A stretch of 64,000 bases of DNA from a virus. Its lineage: Duplodnaviria > Caudoviricetes. Every line of letters begins with the position of its first letter. Within the stretch, counting starts at the first letter, position 1. Below are positions 1 through 10,342 of the stretch, piece after piece. The notes below the pieces were generated by a model that did no database searches, was not told the origin of the DNA, and saw nothing but the letters and a program-made list of their open reading frames with translations. The stretch is taken from positions 1 to 64,000 of IMG/VR virus record IMGVR_UViG_3300026085_000093. One strand, 5' to 3'. Made by a program: the position numbers and the translations under genes.

Positions 1-1173
1 ACTTGGGATACTATGATCCCTGGACAAGGCACCAGTTATTCTAGTCCATTAATCGCAGGTATGTTGGCTTGTTTGGCTGAAATATATCCTACATTAACAC
101 AAGCACAAGCATTAACGTGGTTGCGTGACAATGCTGTCACAGGCTTGATGTATGACACAGGATCCAGCACTGTAGACTGGACACCTACAGATGCTGAGAT
201 AAGTGCCAACGCAACCACAGCCGCTTGGTTTGATGCTTCAGACACGTCAAGTTATACAACCAGCGGATCAACTGTCACAGCAGTTACAGACAAAGCAGGC
301 AATGCCACTGTCACAGTGAATGGCACACCAACTAACAGTTCTACACTGGACGGCAAGAATGTATGGACTTTCCTTTCAAGTAGCAGTGAAGATTTTACCA
401 CTGACGAGTTTGCACAAGTAGATGCTAACGGCAATCACTGGGCTATTGGGCTAATGAAATGGACCAGCATCAACGACACACAGGACTCGTTCTGGAGCAC
501 AGAGAACGCCACGGTATCAGCGTCAAGCAAAAGAGACTATGCTATCAGTGCCGGTAACACCAGTGCATTTGCCGGTGAGTTGGATTTGGACGGATTGTCT
601 AGCAACAGAATTTCATCTACCATAGGAAATCTACAGGTATTTGATTCAAGCATAGCACAAAACACCTGGGTCATAGTGTGTGCCATATTCAACAAAACAG
701 GCAACCAGATTGCTGTAAGGGTAAACGGAACCAACAAGTTTACTCCTGTGAATGACTATGACAATGCCCTAAACACCAATATGGATTTGCGATTCTTCCG
801 CAATAGAGCCAACGAACGCATGAGTGGTCAAATGGCAGAGTTTTTAACGTTTGCTGGATTGCCAGGCACAGGTGGCACAGATGTAAGTCACGTAGAACGC
901 ATAGAAGGATACCTTGCTCACAAGTGGGGACAGGAATCAAGTTTACCAGTCAGTCACCCATACAAGAGTTCAGCACCAAAACAAAATGCTCTATTAGTTG
1001 ATACCCAAACACGAGTAAGCCTTGACGGTTCTGACATTGATAGAATAGCACTTTGGAAGAATCACAGAGCGACATCAGGTAATATGGCGTTCAACACATA
1101 CAACAAAGATGTAAACACTCGTCCTACAAGCGGTTTGATGTATCCCCGTGTGAGAACACGTAGGCGCGGATAA
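1..1173 (+). CDS. C-terminal part of a subtilisin-like (S8) serine protease with a LamG/concanavalin-like module; 5' end outside the window
   Basis: Frame is open from base 1 (TWDTMIPGQGTSYSSPLIAG). GTSxSSPxxAG is the subtilase catalytic-Ser motif. It is followed by a beta-rich WFDASD...IEGYLAHKWG module. Confidence 0.75.
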   Translation, partial: TWDTMIPGQGTSYSSPLIAGMLACLAEIYPTLTQAQALTWLRDNAVTGLMYDTGSSTVDWTPTDAEISANATTAAWFDASDTSSYTTSGSTVTAVTDKAGNATVTVNGTPTNSSTLDGKNVWTFLSSSSEDFTTDEFAQVDANGNHWAIGLMKWTSINDTQDSFWSTENATVSASSKRDYAISAGNTSAFAGELDLDGLSSNRISSTIGNLQVFDSSIAQNTWVIVCAIFNKTGNQIAVRVNGTNKFTPVNDYDNALNTNMDLRFFRNRANERMSGQMAEFLTFAGLPGTGGTDVSHVERIEGYLAHKWGQESSLPVSHPYKSSAPKQNALLVDTQTRVSLDGSDIDRIALWKNHRATSGNMAFNTYNKDVNTRPTSGLMYPRVRTRRRG

Positions 1174-1176
1174 AGA

Positions 1177-1182
1177 TAAATA
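1177..1182 (+). promoter_or_regulatory. T4-like late promoter (GATAAATA)
   Basis: TAAATA core in the intergenic gap before the baseplate genes; the same motif recurs at more than 10 gene starts. Confidence 0.6.
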
Positions 1183-1206
1183 TTAAAAAGAACAGGATTT
1201 TAGAGA

Positions 1207-1923
1207 ATGGCATTAGCACAAATTAACATTGGTAACGCAGCAAACGACGGACAGGGTGATGATCTACGTGAAGCATTTATCAAAGTAAATCAAAACTTCC
1301 AAACACTAGAAAGCATAGCAGAACAAAGTGGTGCTAACGTAGGTGCTGCCTCGGGTAGTGTATACAAAGAAACTGCTGATAATGTTTTATATTTTAGAAC
1401 ACTAGCAGGAGGCACAGGCATTAGTCTAACAACTTTGGACAATACTGTTGTAATTACAAACACTGTTGCATCAGCTAACTTTACTATCACAACACCTCAA
1501 GGAACAGTTATTGGTGGTACAGATATTAACCTCAACTTTTTTGACGGTCAAGGTGTGCAAATCACAGGTGATGAAAACACTAAAACAATTACATTTAATG
1601 CTGGGTTATCAAGAGATCCTACACCAGCACTAGAGGCAAGTTTAGATGCTCGTAGTAACGATATTACCGCTGTCAATAATTTTAGTGCTACAAGTATTCT
1701 AGGTAATCGTGTCACAACAACTAATCTTGTACCAACAAACATCACAGGTGTTGATACTGTAGACTATTATGATGCGCTAGGTAGATACATTGAGGGATTT
1801 GATATGGGCGGCATTCAGCAAGTCCTAACTAGTCAACTTGATTGGGTGATGTATAGTTCACCAATTGATCTTGGAACTTTCTTAAATCCTTTAGATGCTA
1901 CAATGGATCTTGGGAATATATAG
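1207..1923 (+). CDS. Baseplate wedge/tail-fibre connector, T4 gp9/gp10-like N-terminus
   Basis: N-terminal INIGNAANDGQGDDLREAFIKVNQNF matches the gp9/gp10 N-terminal signature. Confidence 0.7.
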   Translation: MALAQINIGNAANDGQGDDLREAFIKVNQNFQTLESIAEQSGANVGAASGSVYKETADNVLYFRTLAGGTGISLTTLDNTVVITNTVASANFTITTPQGTVIGGTDINLNFFDGQGVQITGDENTKTITFNAGLSRDPTPALEASLDARSNDITAVNNFSATSILGNRVTTTNLVPTNITGVDTVDYYDALGRYIEGFDMGGIQQVLTSQLDWVMYSSPIDLGTFLNPLDATMDLGNI

Positions 1924-1932
1924 GAAGAATGA

Positions 1933-4900
1933 ATGTCTTTACTGCCAGTATGGAACGTAGAAACAAATTATAACTTAGGCACAATTAATGAAAGAGAAAC
2001 TGTTCTTATTTCTCTTCCTATTACTACGTCTACAGATTTGACAACAAAAGTTATTAGCGGAAGTCTACCAGGTGGCTTGCGATTAGAAGGTAATAATATT
2101 GTTGGAACACCATTTGAAGTAGCAAGAGACACACAAAGTAGATTTGTTATTAGAGCAACAAACAGTTTTGGCAAAAGAGATAGAACATTTTCTTTAACAG
2201 TTATAGGACCTGATAATCCTAATTGGGTAACACCTGAAGGTAGACTAGGTGTAGGCCCAAACAATGTATTGTTTATTTTAGATAGCAGCATTATTGATTA
2301 TCAACTAGAAGCAACTGATACAGACTTACCAGCAGGTGAAATATTAGAATATTATATTGCTGACGGAGACGGAGAACTGCCTCCAGGTATTACACTTACA
2401 ACAGATGGTAAACTGCAAGGTGTAGTGGATCCTTTACTAGCATTAGATGTAAATGTTGTAGATGACGGATATGACACTACAGACTTTTCTAAGTATCCAT
2501 TTGATTTTAATGTAAGAGCAGACAACGGTTGGGATAGTTATTTTTATGATATCACAACATACGATTACAGTAGTCCTGTAAGAACTCCTAGAAAACTAAA
2601 TCGCTACTATGAATTTTTTGTTACAGTAGCAGATAATGTTACTAGTGTAAGGCGTAGATTTGTAATTTATGTTGTAGGTGATGATTATGTCAGAGCAGAC
2701 AACACACTAATGAAAGCAGCAGATGGTGTGTTTACTGCGGATGCAACATTTAGAAGAATTCCTGTTTGGTTAACACCAGCAGACTTAGGTAGACGTAGAG
2801 CACAAAACTATCAAACCTTTTATCTAGAAATCCTAGAGCAAAATTTTGTAGAAGGTTTTGTAAGATATGCACTAGAAGGTGTAAACGACGACGGTAGTGA
2901 TAGCGAGTTGCCGCCAGGCATGGCACTAGATGAAACCACAGGTGAAATTGCAGGTGTTGTTCCATATCAACCTGCTGTTACAAAAGAATATAAATTTACT
3001 GTTAATGCTATACGTTTTACTACAGACCTTGATGTAGTTACAGTTTTTGCAACTGTTGCACAAGATACATTAATTGGAAATAAAACACTAAGAGTAGGTA
3101 AACTTCCAACAGGTACTGCTGATGGTATAGAAGACCTAAACAGTTTAGTAGGTCAAACTATACAACTTAATGGACGTTCCTATAAAATAGAAAGTGTAGA
3201 TAGCACAAATAATGATTATGACGAAATTACATTTGAAAGTGGATTATTATCATTAAGAACTGTAAATCCAATTGTGTTAAGAAGTACGTCAACAGGTGGA
3301 AAAAACTACTTATGGATTAATCAACTTTCTTCAAATGATACAGCATTCTATAAAAACAAAACAATTAATTTTACAGACGCAAGTCATGTTATAAGAGAGG
3401 TTGTAGATTATATTGAATGGGATGTAGACACAAGCGATAGCACTTCTGCAATGCAGTTAGTAACTGACGTTACAGGCACTATAGACGGAAGTAGTGATAT
3501 AGAACAAGGATTAGAAGCATATTTCAGCAGAACAAATGCACCTGCTACAATACAAACAGAAGTAAGTGGATACGGTATTACTAAAGTAAAGTTAATTATT
3601 CCTAGTACTGCTGAATCAAGAAACAAAAACTTTATAGAAAGTTTGTTTCATACCACAGATAGCGATACTGTTACTGCTACACAAATCGCACAATATCAAA
3701 GAGTACAACTAGACAGCAATTTAAAAAATACACTATCAGAAGGTAGACACATAACATTTGCAGCCGTTGTCAAAGATAGTTTTAGTAAGACGTTCAACAG
3801 TGCCGACAACGAAACATTAGAAAAGGCAAAAACTTTTACAGTTAGTATACTAGGAGATGTTGAAAGTACAATTACTTGGAAAACACCGGCAGACCTAGGT
3901 ACACTTAAAGCAAATAGGATTAGTACACTAAAAGTAGAAGCAGAAACAACCATCCCGGATGCAGTGTTAAAATACAATCTAGTCAGCGGATCATTGCCAC
4001 CAGGACTAGCGTTAAAGAATGATGGTAACATAATTGGTGAAGTGCCGATTTTTGGCACACCTGAGCGCAAGGGTTTAACATTCTTTGACAGCGGAACAAC
4101 TACCTTCGATGGTGGTACAACTACAAACGACAGAAGTTATACATTTGAAATCCTAGCAAGAGATAGATTTGGGTTTAGTGCAACATCAAGAACATTTACA
4201 CTTAGTATAGATGATGTAGATCAATTGTTCTACAGTAACTTGTATTTCCAACCTTTCTTAAAATCTACACAAAGATCTGTTTGGAATGAATTTATAGGTA
4301 ATACAAAAGTATTTGAACCGGATAAGATTTACAGACAAAGTGATACAAACTTTGGTGTACCTCGCCAACTTAGATCTCTAGCATACGCAGGTATTCAAAC
4401 TCAATCAATAGATGATTTTTATATTGCTGTTGCAAAAAATCATACTAGAAGAAAATATTGGTTTGGTGATGTAAAGAATGCAGTGGCCAAAGTTCCAGGA
4501 ACTAACGATGTAGTATATGAAGTAGTATACGTAGAACTTGTTGATAAAGCATTACCTAGGTCAGGCAAAACAAGACAAGTGTTCAACACAATAAACAATG
4601 GCAGTAAAATTACTGTAGACAGTATTAAATTAGAATCAGCGCAGGATAGTACTGGAAGATTAGACGAACCATTTAGATTTAGGCCAAACGGACAAACTGT
4701 AACTGCTGATACAGACGCAATACAAATTAGTCAAAGTGGACACAGTAGATTTTATATTTCTAATATTGATAATATGAGAGATAAAATTTCTGAACTAGGT
4801 GCAACATCCCTAGACTTTTTACCGTTATGGATGCGTACAGCACAAGGAACAAGCCTAGCAGAACTAGGATATGTGCTTTGTGTGCCTTTGGCATATACAC

Positions 4901-5073
4901 TTCCGGGCGAGTCTACTAGAATACTACAAAACGTAGAAAATCATATAAAGACAACAGAGTTTGATTTTGATCAAATTGAATACGACATAGATAGATATAT
5001 TGCTGATGCTGTAACAGGATCAAGTCAAGAAACATTTATCTTATTCGGAGATTACAAACACAACATTGCATAA
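1933..5073 (+). CDS. Large baseplate wedge subunit with repeated Ig-like domains
   Basis: 1046 aa with repeated SGSLPxGLxL..G.I.G Ig-like motifs, located among structural genes. Confidence 0.65.
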   Translation: MSLLPVWNVETNYNLGTINERETVLISLPITTSTDLTTKVISGSLPGGLRLEGNNIVGTPFEVARDTQSRFVIRATNSFGKRDRTFSLTVIGPDNPNWVTPEGRLGVGPNNVLFILDSSIIDYQLEATDTDLPAGEILEYYIADGDGELPPGITLTTDGKLQGVVDPLLALDVNVVDDGYDTTDFSKYPFDFNVRADNGWDSYFYDITTYDYSSPVRTPRKLNRYYEFFVTVADNVTSVRRRFVIYVVGDDYVRADNTLMKAADGVFTADATFRRIPVWLTPADLGRRRAQNYQTFYLEILEQNFVEGFVRYALEGVNDDGSDSELPPGMALDETTGEIAGVVPYQPAVTKEYKFTVNAIRFTTDLDVVTVFATVAQDTLIGNKTLRVGKLPTGTADGIEDLNSLVGQTIQLNGRSYKIESVDSTNNDYDEITFESGLLSLRTVNPIVLRSTSTGGKNYLWINQLSSNDTAFYKNKTINFTDASHVIREVVDYIEWDVDTSDSTSAMQLVTDVTGTIDGSSDIEQGLEAYFSRTNAPATIQTEVSGYGITKVKLIIPSTAESRNKNFIESLFHTTDSDTVTATQIAQYQRVQLDSNLKNTLSEGRHITFAAVVKDSFSKTFNSADNETLEKAKTFTVSILGDVESTITWKTPADLGTLKANRISTLKVEAETTIPDAVLKYNLVSGSLPPGLALKNDGNIIGEVPIFGTPERKGLTFFDSGTTTFDGGTTTNDRSYTFEILARDRFGFSATSRTFTLSIDDVDQLFYSNLYFQPFLKSTQRSVWNEFIGNTKVFEPDKIYRQSDTNFGVPRQLRSLAYAGIQTQSIDDFYIAVAKNHTRRKYWFGDVKNAVAKVPGTNDVVYEVVYVELVDKALPRSGKTRQVFNTINNGSKITVDSIKLESAQDSTGRLDEPFRFRPNGQTVTADTDAIQISQSGHSRFYISNIDNMRDKISELGATSLDFLPLWMRTAQGTSLAELGYVLCVPLAYTLPGESTRILQNVENHIKTTEFDFDQIEYDIDRYIADAVTGSSQETFILFGDYKHNIA

Positions 5074-5095
5074 ATAATATGTAAAGGAAATAACA

Positions 5096-5677
5096 ATGGC
5101 AGATGAAGTAATAGTTTATACAACAATTGATGAAGACTTTCCAGTCGCAGGACAAGATAACGATAGCCAAGGCTTCCGTGATAACTTTAGTGTGGTTAAA
5201 ACAGGATTGTCAACTGCTAACACAGAACTACTTGCTCTAAAAAATAATGCTGCAAAATTAAATGTAGATAATGACTTCGGCGAAAACAATATCACAAACG
5301 CAAATTTAGTTGCAAATACACTTGATATTAATAACACTAATGTAAATATGAACGGCGGTGAGTCAGCAGCGATTGACTGGAGTGACGGTGCAGTATATAA
5401 TGTTTCAGGTAATGCAAGTGCTGGTGCAATTGGTATAACTTTACAAAATTTTCCTACTACAAACGCAGGCAGTGTAAGAGTAGTAATAAGCACAGCAAAT
5501 ACTTCTAACACAACTTTTACATTTAATGCAGGAGTAGGTCAAACACTAAAGACAGACGGAAATGCTGCATGGACATCTACAGCACTAGAAGTTACTAATA
5601 CACAAACAATGATTGTAGATGTTTTTACAACAGATGGTGTTACATATTATCTAACACATGTAGGTACTTACAGTTGA
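5096..5677 (+). CDS. Probable virion structural protein
   Basis: IDEDFPVAGQDNDSQGFRDNF N-terminus, Thr/Asn-rich beta C-terminus, and late promoter TAAATA at 5071-5076. Confidence 0.55.
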   Translation: MADEVIVYTTIDEDFPVAGQDNDSQGFRDNFSVVKTGLSTANTELLALKNNAAKLNVDNDFGENNITNANLVANTLDINNTNVNMNGGESAAIDWSDGAVYNVSGNASAGAIGITLQNFPTTNAGSVRVVISTANTSNTTFTFNAGVGQTLKTDGNAAWTSTALEVTNTQTMIVDVFTTDGVTYYLTHVGTYS

Positions 5678-5904
5678 TACATCCTAATCTAGGTGATCTA
5701 TCAGAATTTACGTTGCATGAATTAGAACAAAAAGTTCTAAAACTTAATTCTATGTACTTCATGACACAAGATGAAAATGTACGTCATCAAATGATTTTGC
5801 TTATAGATTCTTACAAAATAGAAATAGAAGAAAGACGTAGGCAACAGAAAAAAGAACAAGAAGACACTAATTCAGATCTTGACAATCTTATCAATGTATC
5901 GTAA
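5674..5904 (+). CDS. Hypothetical coiled-coil protein
   Basis: 76-aa ORF with a TTG start, tightly packed between neighbours. Confidence 0.5.
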   Translation: MIHPNLGDLSEFTLHELEQKVLKLNSMYFMTQDENVRHQMILLIDSYKIEIEERRRQQKKEQEDTNSDLDNLINVS

Positions 5905-5907
5905 TAT
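5879..5907 (+). promoter_or_regulatory. Sigma70-type early promoter giving a probably leaderless transcript
   Basis: TTGACA(5879)-N17-TAATAT(5902)-N6-ATG(5914). Confidence 0.65.
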
Positions 5908-5913
5908 ACACGT

Positions 5914-6471
5914 ATGCTTATGAAAACAGACGACCTAGGAATACCACGATTCTCTAATCGCGATTTAATCGATATGATCTATTCAGGTCATGCGGATAAA
6001 GTTCATGTGGTATTGTGTGATTCGAGCGATGACGTAGACAAATTTAATACAGCAATGGAAGCGCAAGGTATGGATCCGTTGCAAAAGTATATTCCATTAG
6101 ATGTAGATCAAAAAACGTTTGACGGTGTATGTCAAAGCGAATGGTTTATGCCAGAAGAATATAAAACACTTACTATAGAAGAATGGCTATTTGCAAAAAC
6201 AATGGAAGAAAAACAACACGCCGGTGTTGATTTTGTATATAACTCTGCAGAATGGATACGAGTACAAGAAGAACTAGAAGCGTTTCAAGAACGTGGTATG
6301 TATGACCTACTACGCTATATGGTTTATCTTGTAGACTTTATGCGTGAGAATAACATTGTATGGGGTGTAGGACGTGGATCAAGTGTAGCAAGTTATGTGC
6401 TGTATTTGATCGGTGTGCATCGTATTAATTCAATCCAGTATGGCCTGGATTGGCGAGAGTTCTTGAGATAA
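5914..6471 (+). CDS. Truncated DNA polymerase III alpha (DnaE)-like protein
   Basis: WGVGRGSSVASYVLYLIGVH...REFLR matches the DnaE GRGS region, but the ORF stops before the catalytic PDxDxD motif. Confidence 0.75.
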   Translation: MLMKTDDLGIPRFSNRDLIDMIYSGHADKVHVVLCDSSDDVDKFNTAMEAQGMDPLQKYIPLDVDQKTFDGVCQSEWFMPEEYKTLTIEEWLFAKTMEEKQHAGVDFVYNSAEWIRVQEELEAFQERGMYDLLRYMVYLVDFMRENNIVWGVGRGSSVASYVLYLIGVHRINSIQYGLDWREFLR

Positions 6472-6498
6472 GTAGTACATATTAAGGAGATCAATAAT

Positions 6499-6882
6499 AT
6501 GGCAAGACAACAATCAGGGCGTAAGATTTATAAAACAGCCCAAGGTAAAAATATCGATCTTGATCTTCTGATCAGTAGAAATGAATTAACTCCTGCTGTA
6601 GGCAATGCAAGAGTTAATGCACGAGGAGATGAACTAGGACCAGGTGGTAAAATTGTTCGCAAGCGTGAACAAGTTCTTAAAGAATATTATAACACAAAAG
6701 GTGTTAAAGAAGAAACCGTTGTTAGACCGAAACCCATCACTGAGTTAGAAGAAGAAATGTTTGATGAATTTGATAATGAACCAGTGCCTGTAAAGCCTGT
6801 TGAAACAAAAAAATCAAAAACACAAACACTAGACGAATGGATTGAAGACGAAGACGGCAATTTTATTAGAAAAGGTGAATAA
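6499..6882 (+). CDS. Hypothetical protein with acidic C-terminus
   Basis: AAGGAG RBS and TAAGTA late-promoter variant at 6469-6474. Confidence 0.6.
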   Translation: MARQQSGRKIYKTAQGKNIDLDLLISRNELTPAVGNARVNARGDELGPGGKIVRKREQVLKEYYNTKGVKEETVVRPKPITELEEEMFDEFDNEPVPVKPVETKKSKTQTLDEWIEDEDGNFIRKGE

Positions 6883-7289
6883 TGGCTGTAAATTTTGGAA
6901 AAGTTTTTGAAGGAACTTTAACTCCTATTAAAGATAGAGTTCTTGTTACTGATATGTATTTTGGTGAACAAAAAACAAAAAGTGGATTAATTATTACTAA
7001 TGATGATGGAAATACTAGAGGCATTTATCCTCGTTGGGGTAAAGTACATGCAAAAGGTCCAGACAACAAAGATGATTACCAAGTCGGTGATTGGATTTTA
7101 ATTGAACATGGTCGTTGGACAAGAGCCTTTAATGTTGATGAAGGTAACGGCGCAATAGAACTAAGAATGATTGATCAAGAATGTATCATTGGTTATAGTA
7201 ACGAAAAGCCAAGTGATGTTTACATCGGTGACGAATATGCGAATGGTGAATCAACAACTGTAGACCCAAGTGTGTTTGTAGGTGCTTAA
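6882..7289 (+). CDS. groES: GroES/Cpn10-like co-chaperonin
   Basis: LTPIKDRVLV...KTKSGLII...GKVHAKGP...VGDWIL pattern. Confidence 0.8.
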   Translation: MAVNFGKVFEGTLTPIKDRVLVTDMYFGEQKTKSGLIITNDDGNTRGIYPRWGKVHAKGPDNKDDYQVGDWILIEHGRWTRAFNVDEGNGAIELRMIDQECIIGYSNEKPSDVYIGDEYANGESTTVDPSVFVGA

Positions 7290-7648
7290 TGACTAATCCA
7301 TTTGCAGATATTGAACGCTTTGGCTCAGCGTGTGATCAAGAGCCTAATGAAGCAAACTACAAAATGTATCTTTCACTGATTGACGAAGAAGTTGGTGAAC
7401 TAGTAGAAGCAGTAGTAGCAGATGATCGTGTAGAACAACTAGACGCACTTATTGATATACTTGTTGTAACAATGGGTGCTATTCGTGCAGGTGGCTTTGA
7501 CGGCGAAGGTGCATGGAAAGAAGTTATGGATACAAACTTTGCTAAGATAGATCCGAATACCGGCAAAGTTCGTAAACGTGAAGATGGCAAGGTTCTAAAG
7601 CCAGAAGGATGGAAGGCTCCAGAACTTGCACAGTTTATAGGAGACTAA
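7289..7648 (+). CDS. All-alpha NTP pyrophosphohydrolase (MazG/dUTPase-like)
   Basis: EExxEL...LDALxD motifs and C-terminal KREDGKVLKPEGW. Confidence 0.75.
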   Translation: MTNPFADIERFGSACDQEPNEANYKMYLSLIDEEVGELVEAVVADDRVEQLDALIDILVVTMGAIRAGGFDGEGAWKEVMDTNFAKIDPNTGKVRKREDGKVLKPEGWKAPELAQFIGD

Positions 7649-7649
7649 T

Positions 7650-8336
7650 ATGGTAGCAAGAACCGCAAATATTGCAAGTCGAGCTTATGATGAAGGCTTG
7701 CGTAAATTTATGATTAATATGTATAACCACACTGCTACAGGATTAGCATTAAGTGGTTTTATTGCCTACCTTGTTTATACAACAGGTATGGTATACAACA
7801 TGGGTGCTCTTATGTGGGTGTTCATGTTTGCTCCGCTGGGCATGATTTTATTTTATGGCTGGGCTGGGCAGAATTGGAGTCTACAGGGCATTACACGGTT
7901 TTACTATGCATTTACAGCAGTAATGGGTGTAAGTATGAGTACAATATTTGTTGTATATACAATGACGAGTATTGCACAGGTATTTTTTATTACAAGTGCA
8001 ACATTTGCAGCAGCAAGTTTATATGGATATACAACTAAACGTGATCTAACCGCAATGGGTAGTTTTCTTATTGTAGGCTTGATTGGTATTATTATTGCAA
8101 GCATTGTAAACATCTTTCTAGCAAGTTCAGCATTTGCATTTGCAATTAGTATTATCGGTGTACTAATTTTTGTCGGTATGACAGCATGGGATACGCAAAC
8201 AGCAAAAAATTTATTTCTTTCTGCTCCTAATATGGAAGTTGCAGACAAATATGGTGTCCAAATGGCATTAAGTTTATATCTTGACTTTGTGAACTTGTTC
8301 CAATTTTTATTATCATTACTAGGTAATAGAGAATAA
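7650..8336 (+). CDS. Bax inhibitor-1/YccA family membrane protein
   Basis: About 7 hydrophobic helices; YGYTTKRDLT and ALSLYLDFVNLF signatures. Confidence 0.9.
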   Translation: MVARTANIASRAYDEGLRKFMINMYNHTATGLALSGFIAYLVYTTGMVYNMGALMWVFMFAPLGMILFYGWAGQNWSLQGITRFYYAFTAVMGVSMSTIFVVYTMTSIAQVFFITSATFAAASLYGYTTKRDLTAMGSFLIVGLIGIIIASIVNIFLASSAFAFAISIIGVLIFVGMTAWDTQTAKNLFLSAPNMEVADKYGVQMALSLYLDFVNLFQFLLSLLGNRE

Positions 8337-8341
8337 TTTAC

Positions 8342-8370
8342 TTGACATCGTGTGTGTTTTGTGTTATGTT
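8342..8370 (+). promoter_or_regulatory. Sigma70-type early promoter
   Basis: TTGACA-N17-TATGTT with an extended -10 TG. Confidence 0.65.
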
Positions 8371-8398
8371 TAGACATAATTAACAACGAGGTTCAACT

Positions 8399-8989
8399 AT
8401 GAATTATAATGAGGATCGCAAGATCCTAGCAGATGTTGATGGTGTCTTTCTTAATTGGGAAGAAGCATTTGAACGTTGGATGTCTGCACGAGGATATGAA
8501 ATTGCAGCACCAGCACAATATAAAATGTCAGTCAAATATGGTATTGAACAACACACTGCTGATCATCTAGTAGGAATTTTCAATAACAGTGCATGGATTG
8601 GATATTTAAATCCTTTGCGTGATGCTGTAGATTGGGTACATAAACTAGTATCAGAAGGTTGGCATTTTGATTGTATCACTAGTTTGTCAGATGATCCTTA
8701 TGCTGCACGATTACGAGAAATGAACTTAGAGCATTGGTTCGGCAGAGGCGCAATGCGTAGAGTGCAATGTATAGCAACTGGTGCAGACAAAGATGAGTAT
8801 TTAAAAGCCTATGAACATAGTCATTGGTGGATTGAAGATAAGCCTGAAAATGCAATGGCAGGACTTTATGCAGGCCACAAGCCTATTTTAATACAACACG
8901 ACTATAATCTAGACTTTTTCGAAGCAGATGTGACTGTGGCTGAAAACTGGCAGCAAATTTATAATCTTATTACTAACAGCGAGGAATAA
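8399..8989 (+). CDS. HAD-family 5'(3')-deoxyribonucleotidase
   Basis: DVDGV motif I and WIEDKPEN motif. Confidence 0.75.
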   Translation: MNYNEDRKILADVDGVFLNWEEAFERWMSARGYEIAAPAQYKMSVKYGIEQHTADHLVGIFNNSAWIGYLNPLRDAVDWVHKLVSEGWHFDCITSLSDDPYAARLREMNLEHWFGRGAMRRVQCIATGADKDEYLKAYEHSHWWIEDKPENAMAGLYAGHKPILIQHDYNLDFFEADVTVAENWQQIYNLITNSEE

Positions 8990-8990
8990 A

Positions 8991-9512
8991 ATGATCCATG
9001 CAATGATCGACTTAGAAACACTGCACACTACACCTCAAGCAGCAGTCCTTACAGTCGGGGGTGTAAAGTTCGATCCAAACAGCAATAGCGAACCTTATGG
9101 AGAGTTTTACTATAAACTAGATTTAGATACGCAAGATCGTGCAGTAAGCGATGATACAATCGCATGGTGGGGACAACAAGATCCTAAAGTACAAGAAGAA
9201 GCGTTCGGTACAGAAGGGCGCGAACATGTTGACGTATTCTTAGACAGTTTGCCCAAATGGATGGTAGGTGTTGATGTGCTTTGGGGTCATGGTTATGGCT
9301 TTGACATTACTATTATTGAAGATATGTTACGACAGCGTAGCAAGCCTATTCCATGGCAATTTTGGCAAGTGCGTGACAGCAGAACATTGTTTGCATTGGC
9401 AAAAGTAGATCCACGCAAAGCAATGCAAAGTGATTTGCACAATGCACTAGCAGATGCATATTTCCAAGCAAAAGGTGTGCAAATGGTATACAAGGAACTT
9501 GGACTATGTTAA
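8991..9512 (+). CDS. DEDDh 3'-5' exonuclease (Rv2179c-like)
   Basis: MIDLETL...GFDITI...HNALADA motifs. Confidence 0.8.
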   Translation: MIHAMIDLETLHTTPQAAVLTVGGVKFDPNSNSEPYGEFYYKLDLDTQDRAVSDDTIAWWGQQDPKVQEEAFGTEGREHVDVFLDSLPKWMVGVDVLWGHGYGFDITIIEDMLRQRSKPIPWQFWQVRDSRTLFALAKVDPRKAMQSDLHNALADAYFQAKGVQMVYKELGLC

Positions 9513-10324
9513 GATTAGGAATTATTGGTAGTAGTTATAGTAGCGGAAGTCATAAAATTACAAATCCGTTACTAGACAATGTTGGAGAGCATTGTCAGCC
9601 TATCGATAAATGGTTTGAAAAACATGCAGATGTAGAAGTACATAACTTTGCTATACCAGGCAGAGGCAGCGAAGAATATCACAAATCGATTATACGAGCA
9701 GCCAAACTTGGTATTGATACAGTAGTTCTTGAAATGTGTAGTGACCGTAGTCAGATTATATCAAGAATGCCAGATAATGAAGACGTTTATGATGACTTGT
9801 TGAAGTATGATTGTTTAGATACAGAAGACTTATACAAGATTTCAACTGATCCACATGAACTAAGAAAAATTACAAAAAGCATTGCATGTTATAGAGATCC
9901 ATCAGAAACTGATCCTGTTTGGGATATAACTATACCTGGTATTAAAAAAGAGTGGTTAATGCCCTATGTAAAATTTAAAGTTATGGAAGATATGCATAGT
10001 TGGAATTTTTGGACACTAGAAAAAATATACTGGACACTAGAACTAGCAGAGCAATTAGATATAAATGTATTACTTTGGGAATACAGAAGACTCAAAGATT
10101 CTTATCTTAAAGAAAGTTTAGGAGCAATGGAATCTGCACATTACTTAGATATTCCACAAGGAGCACAAGAATATTACATTAGAGAATATGGCAAAAAAGC
10201 TTTAAGTGATGGAGATCATTTGTCAGACGAATGCTATGAACATCTTGTTAAAGAGTGGTTGATACCTGGATTAAAAGACGCAGGATGGTTGAACACAACA
10301 TCACAGACTGGACAGAATCATTGA
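9506..10324 (+). CDS. SGNH/GDSL-like hydrolase or acyltransferase
   Basis: N-terminal GSSYS, NFAIPGRGS block and C-terminal DGDH. Confidence 0.5.
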   Translation: MLRLGIIGSSYSSGSHKITNPLLDNVGEHCQPIDKWFEKHADVEVHNFAIPGRGSEEYHKSIIRAAKLGIDTVVLEMCSDRSQIISRMPDNEDVYDDLLKYDCLDTEDLYKISTDPHELRKITKSIACYRDPSETDPVWDITIPGIKKEWLMPYVKFKVMEDMHSWNFWTLEKIYWTLELAEQLDINVLLWEYRRLKDSYLKESLGAMESAHYLDIPQGAQEYYIREYGKKALSDGDHLSDECYEHLVKEWLIPGLKDAGWLNTTSQTGQNH

Positions 10325-10342
10325 ATATTACGGTGGAAATTT

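Noticed and set aside
6460-6882. Possible frameshift or readthrough continuation of the DnaE fragment
   Set aside because: No PDxDxD-containing sequence follows; the next ORF has its own RBS and a late-promoter variant.
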